A stretch of DNA of 63,926 nt, counting the filler, from Intoshia linei (taxonomy: Eukaryota > Animalia > Orthonectida), in NCBI GenBank assembly GCA_001642005.1. It is 7 parts of 7 records of this genome, joined end to end, with 100 filler letters (N's around TTAATTAATTAA, not from the genome) between each part and the next. Parts side by side here need not be neighbours in the genome. Positions count along the whole stretch, not along the records: positions 61,420 to 63,926 come from LWCA01002295.1; 6 more parts are not named here. The stretch is one strand, 5' to 3'. Below are positions 62,721 to 63,926 of the stretch, in pieces. Below the pieces are notes generated by a model. That model searched no databases. It saw nothing but the letters and a program-made list of their open reading frames with translations, and had not been told where the DNA came from. How positions within the stretch are numbered: position 1 is the stretch's first letter; each line of letters starts with the position of its first letter. Made by a program: the position numbers and the translations under genes.

Positions 62721-63388
62721 ACCGGATATAGACAAAATAATACTTAATTGTAAAAATAAAGGTAAATATTAAAAATAATTATTAATATTATTGATCCTTT
62801 AATTTTAGCATGTCTAAGGCTTTATATTGTTTGACTTTACAAGGCCTCAGTCAAACAGAGTTTTACAAAACTCACATTTTGTGTTCTCGTAAACAGATTT
62901 GCAAAATGTTAAACTTTCAGATATTGGGTCGGGAAAATGACGAACCAAGAACCTTGTCAGAGCGGTTCCTCCTGGATCCAAAAATAAAAAGAAATTGATA
63001 ATTTATCTGTAGTTAATCATTTCTGGACAACATTTAAATAACTATATCCCAACGCCTGGTTGTATTTTAAAAATTTGTAAATTCTCCTTGTACAGAATAA
63101 ACCGTACATAATTATCAGGCACAGGCACATAGAAGCCAATGACCGGAAATATAAATTTTGCAAGATATATAATTTAATTAATAAACTTTTTTATATGGTT
63201 ACTAGACATATGACTATTTCTAATTTAAATTTCCTTTACCAATAACAATAACAAATGTTTATAATTATTTTTTTAAAATTACTGAAATAGCATACGCAAC
63301 TAGTCAATATTATCACAGAATAATAATTTTATTTTTTCAATGATTACTAATACTAAAAAATTATACTGAAGTTAATTTTAGTTCTGTA

Positions 63389-63860
63389 ATGTACAAGAAA
63401 TCCAAGTCTGCGATAGAAGGAGCTAGTGAAATATGGTCAAACAATCTAGTTCCTTTTCATAAACGAATTAAATTAAGAGGTTTAATTGAATTTATTGATA
63501 TATCGTTTGCCGATTTTCATAAATTACCTACGAACAGTGAGATACTCGGAAGACTGTATTTCATAATTTCTTATCGAACTTTGTAAAAAACTTTCGATTC
63601 CACATATTACAAAACAGCAAGTAAAGGCCCGTCTACTCAAGTTGATCAAAAGGTATGAAAAGTATTTGAAGGATAACAAGGCAGATTTCTTAAATACAAT
63701 TAAAATAGTTTTTGATATAACTAAAAAAAATGGTGAATAGTTACGTCAAGAAGATATGATATTTTACAACAATCAACTAAATACTGATAAACGTGTTGGT
63801 TATAGTACTGCCAAAGTTGACGTTAAACCGATATATCCATCGAAATTAATTAACATGTAA
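63389..63860 (+). mobile_element. hATm-like transposase N-terminal remnant
   Basis: KLPTNSEIL...SIPHITKQQVKARLLKLI...VFDITKKNGE*LRQEDMIFYNNQ...RVGYST. Frameshifted. Confidence 0.5.
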
Positions 63861-63926
63861 ATATAAACATGCTATCTCTTCTCGTATTTCAACATGTGAA
63901 AATTTGAACTATGATGATAATTCTAA

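Noticed and set aside
3653-62998. Numerous 60-130 aa ORFs in the supplied track (e.g. 3653, 9352, 9839, 30008, 38226, 48739, 57028, 61938)
   Set aside because: Antisense or alternative-frame shadows of real genes or transposons, or chance I/F/L/K/N-rich ORFs, many with non-ATG starts.
1-63926. tRNA, rRNA, prokaryotic operons or defence systems
   Set aside because: None recognisable by eye; all identifiable host genes are spliceosomal-intron animal genes.

Overview
This is very AT-rich animal genomic DNA, not prokaryotic. Its spliced genes mix many 34-45 nt GT-AG introns with larger transposon-filled introns. The pattern fits a reduced invertebrate genome such as an orthonectid (inference only). 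Six 100-nt N-gaps carry an artificial TTAATTAATTAA linker, so neighbouring contigs may not be truly adjacent. Host genes reconstructed by eye: MECOM/PRDM16-type zinc finger (3' part), Lifeguard/TMBIM, glycogen debranching enzyme AGL (5' end lost at a gap), LIV-1-type ZIP transporter, Fer3/NATO3 bHLH, DNALI1 head-to-head with a CALML4-like gene, a divergent nAChR-like subunit, a probable BLOC1S2, and two intronless hydrophobic orphan ORFs. The rest is transposon debris (Ty3/Gypsy, Tc1/mariner, hAT, Harbinger-like, Chapaev-like, a non-autonomous Helitron family) plus a ~143-bp satellite. The best leads are: (1) a Gypsy LTR with no tRNA primer site but a self-complementary (Tf1-like self-priming) signature; (2) a ZIP transporter with substituted metal ligands; (3) an nAChR-like subunit with altered loop C and selectivity filter. 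All alignments were done by eye and no searches were run.
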